Shown here piece by piece: positions 1 through 13,372 of a DNA stretch of 64,000 bases; the first letter of the stretch is position 1, and each line of letters begins with the position of its first letter. The notes under the pieces were generated by a model that saw only the letters and a list, made by a program, of their open reading frames with translations, was not told where the DNA came from and made no database searches. Where the stretch lies: assembly GCA_951406725.2 (NCBI GenBank), contig OX597814.1, positions 222,456,001 to 222,520,000 on the forward strand, written 5' to 3'. Made by a program: the position numbers and the translations under genes. This stretch comes from Octopus vulgaris. Its lineage: Eukaryota.

Positions 1-433
1 TATTAACGCATGACAAAATATCTTTAATAACAGATTCATTATTGGCAGATAGCGTTGCAAATGTTTGATGAGAAAACCAGTAGATTTCCAGATTTGTGTA
101 TATTTGTTTCCTCGCTAGATCAATAGCGTTTCAAAGCATTATTATACGTTGTATGAGAATATTTTATGTTGTGGTAACTATATTTTCAAATGACTTTTAT
201 TTGTATTTCTGAATGCTCACGCTGCTTGTGCTATCTTTTTAGAATAACGATCCCGGATCCTGAAGGGAGATTGCCTCTCTTGCCAGTCATAAGTGGTTTC
301 ATGTTGCTAACAGTTGTTTTGACTCTTTTTTCTAGCCATGCCGGTGCTTACCAGTACCCTTGGTCACCTTAGGTGACGTTTATAGTTCTATCTTTCGGTT
401 GTGAATTTGAAAATTTCGAATAAGCCACCTTTA

Positions 434-474
<41 letters not shown>

Positions 475-2068
475 TCTAATGCTGTTTGCTACTCTTGAGA
501 AAAATTCTCAAAAGACGACAGGCATTGTAACCACAACACTCATTTCCTGGCCCCACATGCGGAGGAACGGTGAGTGATTTATAGATTCTTAGTTGAAATT
601 AATATCATTGTACCGCAAGAGGGATGACTCTGGAATTCTTTGCTTCTTTATAGTAAATCGATATCAAAACATGCATTGATTACGTACAACCCCGGCGTAA
701 GGTAGTTTGTATTCAGTGATGTTTGCCGTTGGGAAAAAGTCTTACTTTAAGCAACAGTCATTTCTGTCAACCTCTAACGAAAGGGATTAGTTTATTTCTG
801 TAGTGATTTCTTTCACCAATTGCTCCTGCAGGTTTGAATAAATTTTTATTGGTCGTAATTTTATATTAGAACGTTGCTCTCTATCATCATTTAACTACGT
901 TTACTGCTTGATAGTTCAGGATCCTGAAAATATTTCCATCTTGTGTTATTTTCATTTTGCGTTGTTGCTTAATTCCTTGCTTCGTCACAAAACGTCTTTT
1001 AGGGTGTGATAATTATTGGGCAGACCTTTGAGTTTTATTCCCTGTCATTTACGATAATATTTTTCTAATTATGATCTTGAAAGTGTCCTTTTAAAAAATA
1101 CTGCCAAAATAATGTTTTAATTTGAGTGGCATATATTTTCAATACCTGAAGTTAAAATATTCTGCTGAAAAGGCCATTAGATGTCATCCAACACAGTATG
1201 TACCATTGAAACTCACATAAATATGTTGGAAAGCTACAAACGGACGATTTTATATAAAATCTCGCCTTGGACAAGACTGTTATCGGCAGAACCAGTTTCA
1301 AAATTTCAGCCTAGTTGCATCAAAACAAACACTGTTCGTGCATCAATAAATTATGCGGTGCACACATGCAAAAGTATATGGAGTGTGGGAAATACAAACC
1401 GCAAACGAGTTAGATGCTGAGAAAAAGGGAAGCTTGTAATTTATTTGTTTTAAGAGAAGCCGACCCTTTTGAACAAATTTACTACTAAACACTCCTATAA
1501 AATTTCATACTCAATCAGCTTTCTACATTTTATCTATTTTGAAGTTCAACAGAAATTCTGTCGTAAAATGTGTTAGTAAAGTAGAACTGAAATTAATATT
1601 CAAACTGATTAAGATATTTTATGACCATGTACCTTTGTAACGTTTACTTGAAGTACACAAATTAATTTTTAATTTGTTTCAATACATCAAATACTGATAT
1701 AAGAAATAAACTTTGGTTCAAATGGAGGTGGTGAATAAATTTATAACAGCCTAGCCTTTATCGCGAAATTTTGCATTCTAGATAAGAAGCAGCCTTTACA
1801 TATTATTTTTAATCACCATTTCCATATAAAGCTACTAACATATACATATCTATTGCTCAGAAATTACAGCTTAAAACAAACAAAAAAAAAAAAAAGAAAA
1901 GAAAAGAAAAGCAATGTTAACGTTACTATAGATAGAAATAACAGAAATATAGTTCTGGAATTAATATATAATAATGGTGTTTATATATATGAATATGTAA
2001 AATAGCTGGAACATGTTACAGTGTGTACAGGTTGAGGTTTCGAAATTTACATAGTACACAATATATAT

Positions 2069-2368
2069 CACCGTGACCGACCAGGCTATCAGATGTTGCT
2101 ACACATCGCTGGTCACAATGCGCTTCGCATTGTTTTAGCCTTCAAATGACGCCACCCCGCTGGCTAAGCGAGCAGGCCAACAGAAGAAAGAGTGAGAGAA
2201 AGTTGTGGCGAAAGAGTACAGCAGGGATCGCCATCCCCACCCTGCAGGAGCGTCGTGGAGCTTTCGGTGTTTTCGCTCAATAAACACTCACAACGCCCGG
2301 TCTGGGAATCGAAACCGCGATCCTACGACCGCGAGTCCACTGCCCTAACCACTGGGCCATTGCACCTA
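2069..2368 (-). mobile_element. tRNA-derived SINE (family C), near full length
   Basis: Minus strand begins AGGTGCAATGGCCCAGTGGTTAGGGCAG (A box) ... GGTTTCGATTCCC (B box). A second, truncated copy lies at 33514-33645. Confidence 0.8.
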
Positions 2369-4657
2369 CATACAATATATATCAGGTTCGTAAAAGTAAC
2401 CAAAAAGTATGAAAATGAAAATGAATACCGTATGACGTAAGTGCAAAAAGAGAATATATTGTGGTAGAAAAAGAAATCGAATATCTAATAATTATATTTA
2501 ATAGAAAGACAAATCCTGAATTTTGGAGAGAAAAGCATAGCCGATCAATTATACCTCTGTACTCCCTTTTCTTTAACTTTTATGACGAAAGATTGTAGAA
2601 AAGCGTTGAGATTCGAGTTGAACATGTAAATTAAATCATATCTAATAACGGTAGGTATTTTGTCGAACACTATAGATATACGTAGCTTAAAGTATTTGTA
2701 CAAATATCGCAAGTGAAGGGATTTGGAAAAGGAGGATTTGGGGGATGATGAAACACTTGTCGGATTAAGATTCGCATTTACATAAATGGTATATGAAAAT
2801 GCTTGAAATACGTCAATTTGAGACCTCGTGGAGCGTTTAAAGAAAATTAGAACCAAGAAATTTGAGACATGTCTTACGGTCATGGAAAATACTGTCAGCG
2901 CATATCGGAATAACAGAAGACTTTTTTGTTTACATTTTATTCTATGACCTTAAAGTTGCCTCATATAATAAGCCAACTGGGGATAATACCCGAGGACTTA
3001 GAGGATTAAACACTTCTGTTATCGGCTTCTCAGAATGACAACATTGTATGCCGCACATGTTTCTTAGGTTGAAAGCTGTCTCAGTCTTGTAATGTAATTT
3101 AAGAAGGACAATGTAATTTAAGAAGGACAATGTAATGTCCTAACAAAGAGAAACAGGTACAAAAAAGATTAAAATAATACATGTATCACTATAACTAGGA
3201 ACACTAATTAGTATAGCCGGTGATTTCGAAAGTCAGTGATAGGATATAATATGTTGGATTCGTTAACATTCCGCAAATATTCGAACGTAAATGAATATAA
3301 ATTCCTGTGCCTGAAAGTAGCAAAGCAGCTTTGCATTCGACGAAGTGCTAAAGTTCAAATGCATAAAATGATACTCTTTTGCATTAATATGTACCAGTAA
3401 CAAAATAACAATGAGTTAATACTAGAGAAATTAGTATATAGGCACGGTGGAAAGCACATAATGGACATTACATCATTTTCAGCTACTATAGCTTATTATC
3501 GACATGGTAGTGCCAAATGTCTATAATTTTAGGAAAAAGCAAGTTGAAATGGAATGGTATAACATGAAACAAGCTGTTAGACTAAATCCGTTATGGAAAT
3601 TAGATGTTTATCAACCAATTTGTAATTTCTATCACTGAAATGATACCCAGACTCCTTAACAATATTTACAAATTATCTATAATGGACGATATTGGCACAT
3701 TCGATAAAAAGCCTGGATCTATAAACGTTGTTACCATAATCTTGTACAGCAATTATTAACCTGGAACATACTATTAATACCACTGCAGCTACTACCACCG
3801 TTACAACCACCATCAACAACAACCAATTCTACTGCTACTAATAAAAATAATAATTACAACGTTAGTAATAATAGAAGAGATGAAGAGGGGAAAAGAAAGA
3901 GAGAAGCTAGTGAACAAGTAGAATAATTTGAATTAGAAAAGAATACCTGTATTGTACATAAAGTGAAGAAAGAGTTTGTCAAAAGGGAAATTTTCCTTGT
4001 AATTTAATGAAAACTCGGAGGAACACGTTAACATTATATATAATAAAATATGTAACGTAAAACAAAATTTTTACAAAGATAAAAAGAATTACCTGAAAGT
4101 GCGTAATATTATAGATAATTAGTGGTATTAAAATTTAAATTTATTCACACCCATTTTCTAATTTCAGAGAAAATTATATTAAAAAACGACAAAATTAACA
4201 ATAATAAATTTCACGAATATCAGGAGACAAAAAACATGCTAATGTTGCCAGAATATCAATAGTATTTCCTATGCATTGTTTGCGTTAGAGAAGGAGTCCC
4301 TGACCCAAGCAATTAAAACTGTGTTGGTTTTCTTTCTCTTTAATCTTCCGTTAGTCCAATAGCATTCATGCCTTTTCTCTGATCAAAATTAAATAAAATT
4401 ATTATCTTTTGCGGAAAAAAAAATAATAGAATTACTACATGGAGTTGATTGGTAAGTTTTCTAATTATACGTTGTGCAAAAGCATGAATAATGCAAACTA
4501 ACTCTCCACGAGCATGCCAAGTTATTTTTGTTTAGTTGGAATGAAAATAGAAATAAAAGGTAGTTGATTAGAGAAAGTTTTCACCATTCACTATCTTGAC
4601 CGATAGATGAAATGAGACATGGTCAAATAAGCTCCTTTGCTGAGAAACAAGCCCCAA

Positions 4658-5271
4658 CAATTGATTTCCTTTTTCATGAGGTATAATTTATTGTCCATCA
4701 CAAATTTTCTTTGATGTAGTTGAAACTGCAACCCATCTAAACGTATATTTATGAATATCAATAACAGGGAACAGTATTACAATAGAGAATAATAGTATAC
4801 ATTTTTTATATCTTCGGAGGGTCATTACGCCAATAACAATCCTTTGTACTACGGGTATGTGGCCCGAAATTTTGTGCGAAGTGGATAGCCGATTACATCT
4901 GCCCTAGTACTCAATTGGAATTCGATTTATCAAGGATGAAAATAGACCGCGGAAAAATTTGAACTGATAACTCAGCAATTGGTTTTCTTTTTCACGAGAT
5001 TTCACTTATTGTCTGTCGAAAAAATTCTTTGATGCCCTTGAAAATGCAACCCGTATAAACGTATATTTATGATAGCAATGATAAATCGTTACATTTTTTC
5101 CTTGTAATTTCAGAGGGTTATTACGCCAAAAATAGCTCTTTGTACTATAGGCACATGACCCGAAATTCTGTGCGGATTGTATAGTCGATTACATCGATCC
5201 CAGTGCTCAAATAGTACTTAATTTCTCGAGCTCGAAAAAATGAAAGTCGACCTCGGCAGAATTTGAACTCA
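4658..5271. repeat. Old tandem duplication of a ~310-bp unit (flank plus SINE tail)
   Basis: 4658-4967 and 4976-5271 align by eye, e.g. ttctttgatg..ttgaaa.tgcaaccc, aaacgtatatttatga, gagggt.attacgccaa, ccgaaatt.tgtgcg, gattacatc. Confidence 0.7.
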
Positions 5272-5346
5272 GAACGTAAAATATCGAAAGAAATGCCGCT
5301 AAACAATTTTACCGGCGCGGTAACGATATCTTCCAGATTTCCACCT
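5135..5346 (-). mobile_element. tRNA-derived SINE family B (Meta/MESC-like core), diverged
   Basis: Contains aaagtcgacctcggcagaatttgaactcagaacgtaa, shared with other family B copies. Flanked by an imperfect TSD attacgc(c/t)aa(a/t)aata. Confidence 0.7.
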
Positions 5347-6596
5347 TCATTACGCTAATAATAATAAACGCATGCACTTGTTCAATTTCACATCTTTATT
5401 TTTAGACAAATCGTTTGTTATCTAATCAAGTGCAACTGAACCAGTGCGTGAGTTTATTATTATTGGTGTAAGAACCCTCCCGAGATACAACAATATTTCT
5501 CTTAACACAAAAGTTCACAGCAAGAATGTTCCAAACCAAACACCAACACGAAAGAGTGCGCAGTTATATATAAATAAATATAGAGTTACAGATATCGAAA
5601 CTGACTCCATTATTGTTGCAAGACTCCCTTTATTGAATTTGCATTTCGTTCAGATAATTTCTCGTCATTCCATCATTCCAAATTTTAGTTTTGGGCGATG
5701 TTTCAGTTTCTTTTCTTGAACAAACCAATTAGTTACGTAAAACCATTTAACAGCTTTAAAAATAATGAACATTAATCCGACATGTCTGATAACAAATAAT
5801 ATGAACGCCCGACTAGGTAATTGACAGTAGAAAAGATTATAACACATTTTATGTCACCTTTGGTGTTTGGAATTGGATAAAACACACGCACACATAATCA
5901 CACACGTGTACCTGTGTGTGCGTGACTGTATGTAGATATGTACATATATATACATGTATATAGATGTGTGTGTGTGTGCTTGCGTGTGTGTGTGTGCATG
6001 TATTATACATGTATGCTGTTGACCATTATTATCATTCACCAGATAAAATAACTACCAGTTGGTATTATCATTAGTGTTTTTGTTTCTTCTGTTTTTGATG
6101 CTTTTGTACTTGTATTTCTTGCTGTCACCTTATGAATTATGCGAGCTTTAGAAAAATTGATTTTCATATTTCTTGTATTTTTTCTTTCTGTTTTTTCTGA
6201 ATCACATTTCCACCTATCAACAATTCTCTATCTGACACGCCTGCTGTGGAATTTTATGAGCATTTTCTTCGCTTGGTTTCAGAAATTCTCTAAAACTGTA
6301 TAAAATCTCATTAGCAAATTCTTAGACCACTTCTCCGTTGCAATACTGCTTGCAGTCTTTCCATCAGAATATTTTGTTCTTTTATATACAGTTGTTGGTT
6401 TTAAGAACTGCTCTTTTCAGAAGTAAATGAGAGTTGGATTTTACGAATTCCTTAATTTGCGATACAGTTTCAAACTTATCGCTTAAAAGCAACACGTATG
6501 ATTCAACTAGTAGGATTCATACTAGCATTTATCGTAAATTTCTCCCTTATGCTAGTTACCTTCTCAACTTATATGTTAGTTACTAAAGTTCTCAGT

Positions 6597-7050
6597 ACTC
6601 AGTTCTATATCTAGGAGATGAGGAATTATGTACATTATTTACGTTATTTACAATTGACGGATATTTGTCCTCATCTTGTTTGTTGTTAACAACAACGTTT
6701 CGGCTGATGTACCCTCCAGCCTTCATCAGGCGTCTTGGGGGAAATTTCGAACCTGCGTTCTCATTCCTAAGGTATTTTTCGATGTTGATATTATTATTAT
6801 TATTATTATTATTCAGGGTCACTACCTGGAATCGAACTCGGTTAGTAGCCCGCGCTCTTACCCGCTACGACATATGCCCGTGGGCAACTATGGAGTGAAT
6901 TTTAGGGCTTATAAATCTGATATTCTCCTATCCTTCATTAATACCAGTCCCTATATCTGTTGATATCTGCACTCGGTCTGCTTAGGAGGTTGTTGTGTCC
7001 TAGCATATGTGCTGCTTCTTTTAGTTTTCGTATTTTCCAGTAGTGTTCTC
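6597..7050 (-). mobile_element. Penelope-like element 3' end / pseudo-LTR with tRNA-like head and hammerhead motif
   Basis: Minus strand encodes EHYWKIRKLK/EAAHMLGHNNLLSRPSADINR (one frameshift), resembling the GIY-YIG C-terminal R-K-x-K-E-A motif. It is followed by a tRNA-like segment (6814-6879), (AAT)n and a hammerhead motif. Confidence 0.6.
6694..6729 (-). ncRNA. Minimal type I hammerhead ribozyme motif
   Basis: Minus strand: CTGATGA-A-GGCTG-gagggtacat-CAGCC-GAAA-CGTT. Helix II is 5 bp, palindromic AACGTT replaces helix III, helix I is weak. Confidence 0.65.
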
Positions 7051-7560
7051 AGTCTGTTATTTTAACTTTATCCCACAGGATGAGGGGGAGGTGGTCTCCA
7101 TTTTTCCATACACGATCAGCTATACCCGATTTATCAATATCTCCCAGTGTCACAGCTTGTCAGAGATCTCCCCGCGTCACAGAGGGTGAGTCTAGATGTT
7201 ATAAGTCTGTTCACCAACTGGTGAAGCACTATCGGTGATTCAAGAAAAACTAGTGACAGACACCCATCTAAAAGAATGCACTCGTATACCAATAAGAAAC
7301 TTGATGGAAATCTTGACCTTCTGTGTAGAACACTGATATATATCGACAAGAAGAGGGTAATTAATACAAGGTGCCAGTTACATTAACAGATTTTCAACAA
7401 GAAACATACCTATGTAAATAATTAATTTCGTATTAACATTTATATTTCGTAGTGAGGTTAACAGGTATATCATCCCAAGTGCACTATATTCTGTTATCAG
7501 AAGTTCACAGTCATGCATTGCGCACCTCCGTTAATATAACTTGAAATATACTGAGATGCA

Positions 7561-7607
<47 letters not shown>

Positions 7608-7608
<1 letters not shown>

Positions 7609-7803
7609 ACCCCCCTTCGGTCATGAATGACCATGGGATTGCACCTAGAGAGTTACCCTTCGAGGCACAAGCCTGAGCAAGGTTGTTTATGGAAGACCAG
7701 CAGTCGCCCACGCATACCAGCCTCCCCTCTCTACGCCACCGATGTTATCCAAGAGATAGGCAAAGGCCAATACAGCTTGGCATCAGTGACGTCGCAGCTC
7801 ATT
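7608..7803 (-). mobile_element. SINE family D, 3' part
   Basis: Reverse complement matches the plus-strand copy at 63340-63635 (ggagaggggaggctggtatgc..., atgcaat.ccatgg.cattc). Confidence 0.7.
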
Positions 7804-7809
7804 TATTAA

Positions 7810-7924
7810 CGTGCAAGTGGCAGAGCACTCCACAGACACGTGTACCCTTAACGTAGTTCTCGGGGATATTCAGCGTGATACAGAGTGTGACAAGGTTGGC
7901 CCTTTCAAATACAGGTACAACAGA
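7810..7924 (+). mobile_element. Probable SINE 3' fragment (separate family) abutting family D copy
   Basis: GC-richer block gtgcaagtggcagagcactccacagacacgtgtacccttaacgtagttctc... joined directly to the truncated family D copy. Recognised from memory only; no second copy in this window. Confidence 0.4.
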
Positions 7925-8196
7925 TGAGAAGATTGCATAATGCACCCTTTATTCCTTTGGAATGAAAACATGTTGTCTTCGAAACATATATCGAGAGTAA
8001 AGGAATTTTGTTCACATCTTCGTTCGACTCCATTCTTTCATTTATCCATATACAACACACAAATTTCTGCACGAGAACCCGGGGTTTCTACCCTTGGACA
8101 GGTCGCTTCAACCGTGCTTTCTGACGTGAATTTGCTACCCAGGTTTCGGTTAAACGAATTTTCCATGCTGACGATAAACATAGGATAATCCATTCA

Positions 8197-8236
<40 letters not shown>

Positions 8237-8286
8237 CCAGCATGGCCACAGCTCATAAGCTGAAACTAGAATCAATCAATCAATCA

Positions 8287-8375
<89 letters not shown>

Positions 8376-8376
<1 letters not shown>

Positions 8377-8714
8377 ATTAAATTTAGGGTAAAAATTGAT
8401 ATTTATCAATTAGAACCAGTGGTCTAGCATATTAAAAAAAGAATCCGAAGATTAAAATAAAATAAAATATTTATATATACCAATTAAGGACTGCTCACGA
8501 AAAGTGGACAGTCAACATGCTAGATATAGACGTCAAATCGCCATTCTCCACAAAAAGTTTATGTTCTCAGATCAAACTCAACAAAACCAAAGTAATAAAC
8601 AAGTGAAAAATATACGAAATAAATATTTACCCATGTACTAAATTTAGTTTCAGCTGTTATTTTCCGCAAGGAAAAGTGCAGCATCATCAGCATGGTCCCA
8701 TATAAAATGTAATT

Positions 8715-8717
<3 letters not shown>
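8376..8717 (-). mobile_element. Short hammerhead-bearing insert (pLTR/retrozyme-like) embedded in (TA)n
   Basis: Unique ~340-bp block bounded on both sides by (TA)n and containing a complete hammerhead motif. Confidence 0.55.
8631..8695 (-). ncRNA. Type I hammerhead ribozyme, complete core
   Basis: Minus strand: CCATG-CTGATGA-TGCTG-cacTTTTCCttgcGGAAAAtaa-CAGCT-GAAA-CTAAATTTAG-TA-CATGG. Helix I is CCATG/CATGG, helix II is extended, helix III is palindromic, cleavage triplet is GUA. Confidence 0.85.
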
Positions 8718-8764
<47 letters not shown>

Positions 8765-10231
8765 TACCTTTTCATATATACGTATCTTCCATGCCATGAA
8801 ATGTATTTGATTTCGGTTTTTTTTGCGCACTGCATATTGTACAAAATATTCTTTGTATTTTCAAATCAGCTATTATGTTTTTTTGTTTGTTTGTTTTTTT
8901 ACCAGGCTGTACATCACAGATTCAAAAACACAGACATTCCTGTTCCTTTGGTGCAGTGACGTCTTCTTTCTCTAATTTCGGTTTGCAGATGCCTTTAGTA
9001 TGTATAAATATATGTCCATGAATAGAGGACCTTTAGGTCGCCCGAAACCGTCATATCTATTTCAACCACTACTTCGGAACATGGGAGACATTGAATTGTA
9101 TAGTAAACCAAAATAGCATACGCTGATAGAAAAGAAAAAATATCTAAAAACGGTTGTCTTGCTTTTGTAACTGTGAGTAACTTTTGTACTTAAGAAATAC
9201 TTTTCTTATATGCTTCTTTATTTTCATTCTGAACTGAATATCAAAATTTGTTTTTCGTTAAAATTTCAGTAGACAATTGTCTGTTACTAATATCGATACT
9301 TTCCAGAGTAGACGACATTAAATTAGAAATCATAACACCATGTATTTGATAATGATATTTGTTTTCTTCAACGATGAATGAAATTAGATTACGATACAAT
9401 GCATTATTATAAAAGAAATACGGAGATAGAAAAACAGATATACGCCATCCTTTTGTGTAAAATCTTACAGATCGAAAACAATGTGCATTCTAAAGCAAAA
9501 GTCAGATAATTTAATAAACGTTACAATTGAACAGCATTCAGTTATTCAGCTAATTTTCTCTCTTATTTTCTTCATATTTCTGGAAGAGCGATGCTATAGA
9601 AGTGGTTTGTAATTCAAGTTAATAATCAACCACATTCATGTTTTTGAATACGATCTTATTAAAAAGAGTATTATGAAAAAAAGGTACTGTCGAATTGAAA
9701 GATATATAGTAATTCGAAGCATTAATCCGTGACGTTTAGGAGCACAATATTTTGATTGTCTTCATGATTATTATCATTGGTTTCAAGCTACTTTTTACTG
9801 ATGCTAAATGAAAGCAAGATTAATGTCATTTTCTACAACTTTATCTGAATTTACAGGACAGGTGTGTTTCCTATCTGTGTGAGACGCAGAGGAAAACAGA
9901 AACACATAAACCGAAATGTATAAGGAAAACAAAAAAACAAAATAATCCAATACATAGACAGAAAGAGAAAGAGAAAGAGAGAGAGAGAGAGAAATGGAGG
10001 GAGGGAGATAGAAATAAAATGATATTCAAGCTAAGAATTATATATCTTATCGAGTTAAGTCGCTTCACCTAATGAAATAGTAGCGAAATACCCTCGAATA
10101 ATACTTGAGTGTCTAAAAATGAAGCAAAACATTTTGCAATGTGATCGTAGATACATTGAATTAAAAAGTGTTTGAAACTGCATGATTTTACGTCACTTGA
10201 ATCATGTCTGACATAGCGTTAAACTACAATA

Positions 10232-10452
10232 CAGTAATCCCTCGACTATCGCGGGTGTTACATTCCCAAAACACCTTCTGTTGGTGAAGCTACCCTAAGT
10301 AGGGACTATTGCACTGTATATGTTCTTTTATCATTTTCATAATTTGTATATATTTATTTTATTATAAATGCAAAACAACACATCGGAGGAATCGACGTAA
10401 GCTTAAATAATAAACCGCGATAGGCGAACCGCGATATGTCGAGAGATTACTG
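10232..10452. mobile_element. Tigger/pogo-type MITE
   Basis: TIRs cagtaatccctcgactatcgcgg / ccgcgatatgtcgagagattactg, flanked by TA on both sides. Confidence 0.85.
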
Positions 10453-12301
10453 TAGTATTATTTTATCAAGTGATTGTAATGAAAGAAGTTATTTAAATGA
10501 TATTAGACAGTCGGCAAAAGAAATCATAGAATTAACATAAATACCTTTACGACTGTAAATTATTATATACCAGTAATCTAATGGCAGAGAGCAGGCAGTG
10601 CTATTTATACCTAGCCAGAAAGGCTTCGCGTTAATTATGCTGGTTCTTTATGTTCTGAGTTCAAATCTTTCCAGTATAACCTTTGCTTTTCCTCTTTCTA
10701 CTCAATAAATTACCGTCCATTCTGTAACCGATTACATTGACTAATCCCGTCTTTTCAAAATTGCTCGTACTGTTCCTAAGTCAGCAGCACAAATAATCGG
10801 AGTATGCGTCTACTGGACAAAAATATACCAGGATTGGGCACGTGAATACGAAACCTGAAATTATTGGTTTTTATCTAAAAGAATGAGAGAAGCAAAGTTT
10901 AATCCAATTGTAATATCCAAGAATTTTCAATACGTGTCAAGGAAAGTACTTCGAAAATGACGTTTTAGTCTTCAAAATATAATGGAATCATTACAACAGC
11001 TAATGGAGTATAGTAAATCATTATGATATTGCATGAGTAGAAGAATTTCAACGAATAATAGAAATTTTGCATCAAAGCTATTCGAAACTGAAGAGCCATA
11101 TCAAATGTTTCGTCTTCAAGTGAAAACAAAATAAAATAGCAACGTAGTGAATATTAAAAAAATAGAATCGTTAGGCCTTCGAGAAATAATCGAACCACTA
11201 TGACCATTATGAAGAATTTGAAATTACGTAAAGCACTAAAAGATACTACCTGATTTCACACGTATACATCAGCACATCTGCGCATATACACTCTTCGGAA
11301 GAACAATAGCGTATAGCTTTTATCGCAGTGATTTTTTTCTTTAAATTTACAAATTTTTCACGCCTACTCATATACAATATTTCACAGTTATTTAGTAAGA
11401 TACCTATCACTACTTCTGCTAATAATATGAAGTATATATATATGTCGCTCATGCGGCGGGGATTATAGTAAATAATATTACGCTAAGAATGTGACGAAAT
11501 TGCTAAAATTATTGAGTTAATCGTCTTTTCGTTTGACTTAATCTATTCTTTGTCGCAAAATTATTTTTTCTTATTACGCATTTCATGCATAATACTAGAG
11601 TGAAGATGCTCACAATAACTTGTATATTGATTTTCACCATCCAAATGAATTGCAGTATACATTATGCAGAGATATATTTCTATAATAAGCCACTCTGCAT
11701 TCAACAAATAATTTTTACTGCCACAAAACTTAAGTTTTAAAGGTATCATTTGTTTTATTGTATTATTGTTCTTTTTCTTTTATTAAACTGCAAGATTTGA
11801 AGCTGTTTAAGCATAAATGTACGTGAATGGTTTTGATAAGTCATAAGTACTGAGAAAAACTACAATGAAACAATCTCGGGGAGAAAACAGACGCGATCGA
11901 TCGGTCACTTACGATATTTTTATGTTTGTCTTTTTTTAATATTGAAGAAGGCATTTAGCTAAGTAAAAAGCACAGCAATAACAACTGGAACAATAATAAT
12001 GATAATATTCTTTTAGAAACACGGCCAAGAATATCTTCTGCGGGCTTAATCAATAAACTTGACTTCAGTACTTGACTGGGTACTCTATTTGTATGAACGT
12101 CGAATAAAGGAAAGGGAAAACTGACGTCGACGATGTTCTGAATAAAGACTGGAGGTAAATATCTCAAGGCATTTTCTAGGACGCTCTCATAATTCTGCCA
12201 ATCCACTGCACAATAATCATATGCGTATGCATTGTAAAATAATTCGATGGAACATTGTTGTGTCAGCTTCTTTACTGACCACCATGAAGCTCGGCCTAAT
12301 T

Positions 12302-12513
12302 CTTTTCTACTCAAGGCACACGGCCCAAAATTTATGGAAAGGGGCCAATCGATTAGATCCACCCCAGTACGCGACTGATACTTAATTCATCGCCCCCTAA
12401 AGAATGAAAAGCAAAGTCCACTTCGGCGGAACTTGAACTCAGGACATAAAGACAGACGAAATACCGCTATGCGTTTCCCCCGGTGGACTAAAGTTTCTGC
12501 CAGCTCGCCGCCT
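12302..12513 (-). mobile_element. SINE family B with 17-bp TSD
   Basis: Head GGCGGCGAGCTGGCAGAAAC on the minus strand. TSD tgaagctcggcctaatt at 12285-12301 and 12514-12530. Confidence 0.85.
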
Positions 12514-12716
12514 TGAAGCTCGGCCTAATTGGTGCGTAAGCGTTTTCAAAACCTGCTAAATCTTCGCATTTTTTATACAGTTATCATGTGACACGACTGT
12601 TTCAATTCCCCCAGTAACAAATAATATATATGTATATGCATGCACATAAATAGTCTTTATATATGTATATATATATATGTGTGTGTGCATGTGTGGTGCA
12701 CACACATATATCTATT

Positions 12717-12786
<70 letters not shown>

Positions 12787-13085
12787 TATATAGGACATCA
12801 GATCCCCATTGGTCAACCAAGAGAACTGAATTGTTCGATCAGTTGAATCACCTCCTCCTTATTTAACATGTCGCTCATCATTCCACAGGCATGTGTAGAA
12901 GTAACGTAATTCTCAGGCTGAATCAGCGTAACAACAGATTTTATCTTTCAACTGCAACAACAACCTACTGGAGGTGCTTCTTTCTATTTCCTGTCCACCC
13001 AATTTCATTCCCACTTATAGATCGACACCTATATTTATATTTACCCAGAATGCCCATATATATATATAATTGGATATATGCAGTC

Positions 13086-13372
13086 TTATTATTAGTTCGT
13101 ACCTCGTTGTTGACGATGGCCAAGGACATCACAAGAGAGAAGAGGTCATGGTGTGCCCGGCTGTGGCTGATTAGTCCAATGCATTCTCAGAAAAATCTGT
13201 CGCAAGTTGGGTATTGGTATTCTGCTAGGACTGAAAGATTGGAATTTGCTCTAGACTTGCGCAGTTCGCATTTACTCTGTGCCCTTGCAGTCTTGTTCTG
13301 TCTGTAGGAGTTGACACCTCCGTTATTGCAGCTTCACCAGGCTGGACGTTTTTGCGCTTGCGAGGAGTCACT
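13086..13372 (-). mobile_element. RTE-clade LINE 3' end fragment (degenerate)
   Basis: Minus strand AQKRPAW*...ARAQSKCELRKSR...YPTCDRFF*ECIGLISHSRAH matches the C-terminal CPTCxRxFxARIGLISHxRTH motif of RTE/BovB-like ORFs. Ends in a (TAA)n tail. Confidence 0.75.

Noticed and set aside
2300-2368. tRNA gene (also 6814-6879 and 33514-33585)
   Set aside because: A/B boxes are present but there is no intact cloverleaf or acceptor stem. The sequences continue into repeat bodies, so they are SINE-type heads.
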